Source: Verrucomicrobiota bacterium (GTDB lineage: Bacteria > Verrucomicrobiota > Verrucomicrobiia > Chthoniobacterales > UBA10450). From it: DNA of 44,747 nt. A model generated the notes under the pieces. That model was not told where the DNA came from. It was given only the letters and a program-made list of their open reading frames with translations, and did not search any database. Position 1 is the stretch's first letter. The number at the start of each line of letters is the position of its first letter. Position numbers and translations under genes: made by a program. The stretch lies in assembly GCA_041167425.1 (NCBI GenBank), contig JBEEHO010000087.1, positions 1 to 44,747 on the forward strand. The letters run 5' to 3'. Below, one piece after another: positions 42,263-44,747 of the stretch.

Positions 42263-42475
42263 TTACGGTTTCGGTTTATCCGGGAAAAAATTCGCGGGCG
42301 TCGCCCGAACGACGGGCGATGGAGAAACATGAGACGTGACGGCGTGGGTCTCAGCGCCGGGTTCCGATTTTTGGTCCTGCGGCAGTTCACCCACTTTATG
42401 TTGCTCGCAGGAACAGCAGAAGATCAGCAACCCGGCAGCAAGCGCGAGACCGGCCCGGCGAAGAAAAAATCGCAT
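42263..42475 (-). CDS. putative small lipoprotein
   Basis: MRFFLRRAGLALAAGLLIFCCSC… is a signal with a lipobox-like Cys. It lies immediately upstream of the POT gene. The start is chosen at ATG 42475. Confidence 0.4.
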   Translation of the reverse strand: MRFFLRRAGLALAAGLLIFCCSCEQHKVGELPQDQKSEPGAETHAVTSHVSPSPVVRATPANFFPDKPKP

Positions 42476-42595
42476 AACGCGCCGGCAAGGTAAGCGCCTT
42501 GTCTTGGAAGGCGCAAGGAGGAAAGAAGTTGAATCGATCCGTCTCAGCCGCATTGCGAATTGAAAGACCCTCCCGTCGCATTACTGTGAGCGCGA

Positions 42596-44747
42596 GTGGC
42601 TCGCCCTATTAAAAACAACGCCTGGAACGAGGTCTTCGCTCTTGTTCTGCTCGGCGCCGGGACATTGCTTTTCCTCGCGCTGATTTCTTACGCACCGAAG
42701 GATTTGCCCTCTTGGGTTCCGTTCAGCCACGTCTCGCCGCCGAATCGGCCGGCCCAAAATTTCATAGGCCCTTTTGGCGCCATCATCGCGGGCTTTTCCT
42801 ATCTCATGATCGGCGCGGCCTCCTATTTGCTGGCGGTCGTCCTGCTCGGATTTGGCGGCGCCAAGTTGTTTCACTCCAGACTGCGCGTGACGCCGCGCCT
42901 CGGTTGGATCCTGCTTTTTATCGTCTCGGGCGCCTGCCTGCTCCAATTGCAGACGCAACATTTGCAGGGCTGGCGCGCCGCCTTCTACATTCAGGGGCCG
43001 GGCGGATTAGCCGGCTATTTCATCGGGAAAAAAATGCTGCTCACCTGGATGGGCAGTGTCGGCTCCATCATTCTGCTTACCGGCATTTACGTCAGCAGTC
43101 TCATTTTGATGACGGGCCTACGTCCGATCCACCTCGTCCGGCAAACGGTCGCGGGGGTTCGCTGTGGCATGATCGCGCTGCGCGAATGGGAATTGAAAAG
43201 GCGTCTGCGGAAATCGGACCTGAAGGGGCGGCTCGAGATCAGCCAGCAGGAGCTCGCGAAACAGCAACGCGTGATCGAAAAGCAGCTGAAGAAAAAGGGC
43301 GCGCCCGTGCCGGAACCCGCAGGCGTATTTGTTTCGCCGGAAGAACTGGTGAATCGGCCGAAGCCGAAAGTCGTCGACACCACGGCGCTGCCGAACGAGC
43401 CGGCGCGGAAGAAGCCGTCGCTGGCGGAATTGCGCGGCGCGGAAAAGAAAGGAAAAGCACTCACCGGCCTAACGAGTCAGACATGGGACGCGGAAAATTA
43501 CACGCTGCCTGGTTTCGATTTGCTCGATGCCCATGATACAGAAGGGCGCACCGCGGCCGATCCGGCGGAGCTGGAGCAGATCCAGCAAATCCTGATCGAA
43601 ACGCTGGCGCAATTCGGCATCGCGGTCGCCGCCGGCGACATCACCAAAGGGCCGACGATTACCCGCTACGAAGTTTACCCGGCGAAAGGCGTGCGCGTGG
43701 ACAAAATCGTGGCGCTCGAACGCGACCTGGCGCGCGCGACGAGCGCGGAGCGGATCAACATCCTCGCGCCGATCCCGGGCAAGGACACGGTCGGCATCGA
43801 GCTGGCGAACACGCGAAAAGTAAAGGTCACGCTGCGCGAATTGCTTCAATCACAGGATTGGGAAGAGGCGAAAACAAAATCCAAGCTTCCGCTCGCGCTG
43901 GGCAAGGATGTCTACGGAAAAACGATCATCGCCGATCTCGCGCAGATGCCGCATTTGCTCGTGGCCGGAACGACGGGCAGCGGCAAGAGCGTCTGTATCA
44001 ATGCGCTGGTCGCGAGCATGATCTTCCGGTTTACGCCGGAGGAACTGCGCTTCATCATGATCGATCCGAAAGTGGTCGAGATGCAGGTTTACAATTCGTT
44101 GCCGCATCTGGTCATCCCGGTGGTGACCGATCCGAAGAAGGTGCTTCTGGCCTTGCGCTGGGTGATCGATGAGATGGAAAAGCGCTACAAAATTTTCGCG
44201 CAGGCGGGTGTGCGCAACATCACCAGCTTCAACGGGCGTCCCCCGAAAAAGACGCAGAAGGAGTTGGACGAGGCCGCGCTGGAGGCGGGTGTGTCGCCCG
44301 CCAGGCGAAGAGCAGCCGAGACGGCTGCCGCGACCGAGGCAGAGATCAAAGTCCCGCGCGAGGACGAGCTCATTATCCCTGATCGAATGCCCTACATCGT
44401 CATCATCATCGACGAGCTTGCGGACTTGATGCAGACCGCGCCGGCCGATGTCGAGAGCGCGATCGCCCGCATCACGCAGATGGCGCGGGCGGCTGGCATT
44501 CATCTCATCGTCGCAACGCAGACGCCCCGCGCCGACGTGATCACCGGTGTAATCAAGGCAAACATCCCGAGCCGAATCGCATTTCAGGTCGCATCGAAAA
44601 TCGACAGCCGCGTTATCCTCGATGAAAACGGCGCCGACCGTTTGTTAGGCCAGGGAGACATGCTTTATCTTCCACCGAGCACGTCGCGCCTGATTCGCGC
44701 GCAAGGCGTTCTCGTGACCGACGAAGAAATCCATCGCCTGGTTGAAT
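42596..44747 (+). CDS. ftsK: DNA translocase FtsK/SpoIIIE (3' end outside window)
   Basis: Absent from the ORF track because there is no stop in the window. GTG at 42596 follows an in-frame TGA at 42587. The translation has N-terminal TM segments (VFALVLLGAGTLLFLALISY), Walker A at 43961 (VAGTTGSGKSV), IIIDELADLM and HLIVATQTPRADVITG. Confidence 0.9.
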   Translation, partial: MARPIKNNAWNEVFALVLLGAGTLLFLALISYAPKDLPSWVPFSHVSPPNRPAQNFIGPFGAIIAGFSYLMIGAASYLLAVVLLGFGGAKLFHSRLRVTPRLGWILLFIVSGACLLQLQTQHLQGWRAAFYIQGPGGLAGYFIGKKMLLTWMGSVGSIILLTGIYVSSLILMTGLRPIHLVRQTVAGVRCGMIALREWELKRRLRKSDLKGRLEISQQELAKQQRVIEKQLKKKGAPVPEPAGVFVSPEELVNRPKPKVVDTTALPNEPARKKPSLAELRGAEKKGKALTGLTSQTWDAENYTLPGFDLLDAHDTEGRTAADPAELEQIQQILIETLAQFGIAVAAGDITKGPTITRYEVYPAKGVRVDKIVALERDLARATSAERINILAPIPGKDTVGIELANTRKVKVTLRELLQSQDWEEAKTKSKLPLALGKDVYGKTIIADLAQMPHLLVAGTTGSGKSVCINALVASMIFRFTPEELRFIMIDPKVVEMQVYNSLPHLVIPVVTDPKKVLLALRWVIDEMEKRYKIFAQAGVRNITSFNGRPPKKTQKELDEAALEAGVSPARRRAAETAAATEAEIKVPREDELIIPDRMPYIVIIIDELADLMQTAPADVESAIARITQMARAAGIHLIVATQTPRADVITGVIKANIPSRIAFQVASKIDSRVILDENGADRLLGQGDMLYLPPSTSRLIRAQGVLVTDEEIHRLVE

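Noticed and set aside
41256-42390. 358-aa (+) and 360-aa (-) ORFs overlapping the POT transporter gene
   Set aside because: These are alternative frames of a 12-TM transporter gene that has PTR2 signatures. Their translations are Arg/Pro/Gly-rich compositional artefacts.

Overview
GC-rich bacterial chromosomal window. The AFTIIELL-type prepilin, the gene content and several families of palindromic repeat debris suggest a Verrucomicrobiota/PVC-like organism; this is inference only. I support about 45 CDS and found no rRNA, tRNA or CRISPR.

The left half (1.8-20.3 kb) is a large phosphate-starvation (Pho) island:
- phoB-phoR, then pstC-pstA-pstB-phoU followed by a secreted phosphoesterase
- a CYTH-CHAD pair
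- pstS-arsC
- a small His/Cys membrane protein followed by a TonB-dependent receptor
- two colliding gene remnants
- a porin-pstS2 operon

Four of the five operon-leading regions (phoB, pstC, pstS1, porin) carry 11-bp-phased GTNAC-type direct repeats. I read these as PhoB boxes.

The middle holds a T2SS/T4P-like operon (gspE, gspE, gspF, one pseudopilin), then an OmpA-family gene and a minus-strand housekeeping block (panB-folK-dapB-dapA-dapF, trpA, queE, queD).

The right part is peptide-centred:
- a divergent cluster of HAD hydrolase and C26 amidotransferase against a cytoplasmic beta-lactamase-fold hydrolase, an M15 peptidase and a 401-aa protein with glutamine-synthetase-like ligase motifs
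- a POT peptide transporter with a DUF885 protein
- the start of ftsK, which runs off the window and is absent from the ORF track

The most unusual features:
- At least five families of short palindromic or tandem repeats sit at almost every intergenic junction of the secretion operon and around queE/queD.
- One 135-bp copy lies in frame inside the leader of the pseudopilin gene.
- The uncharacterised hydrolase/peptidase/ligase-like module is my best candidate for an undescribed system.

All functional calls come from motif recognition by eye. No database searches were run.
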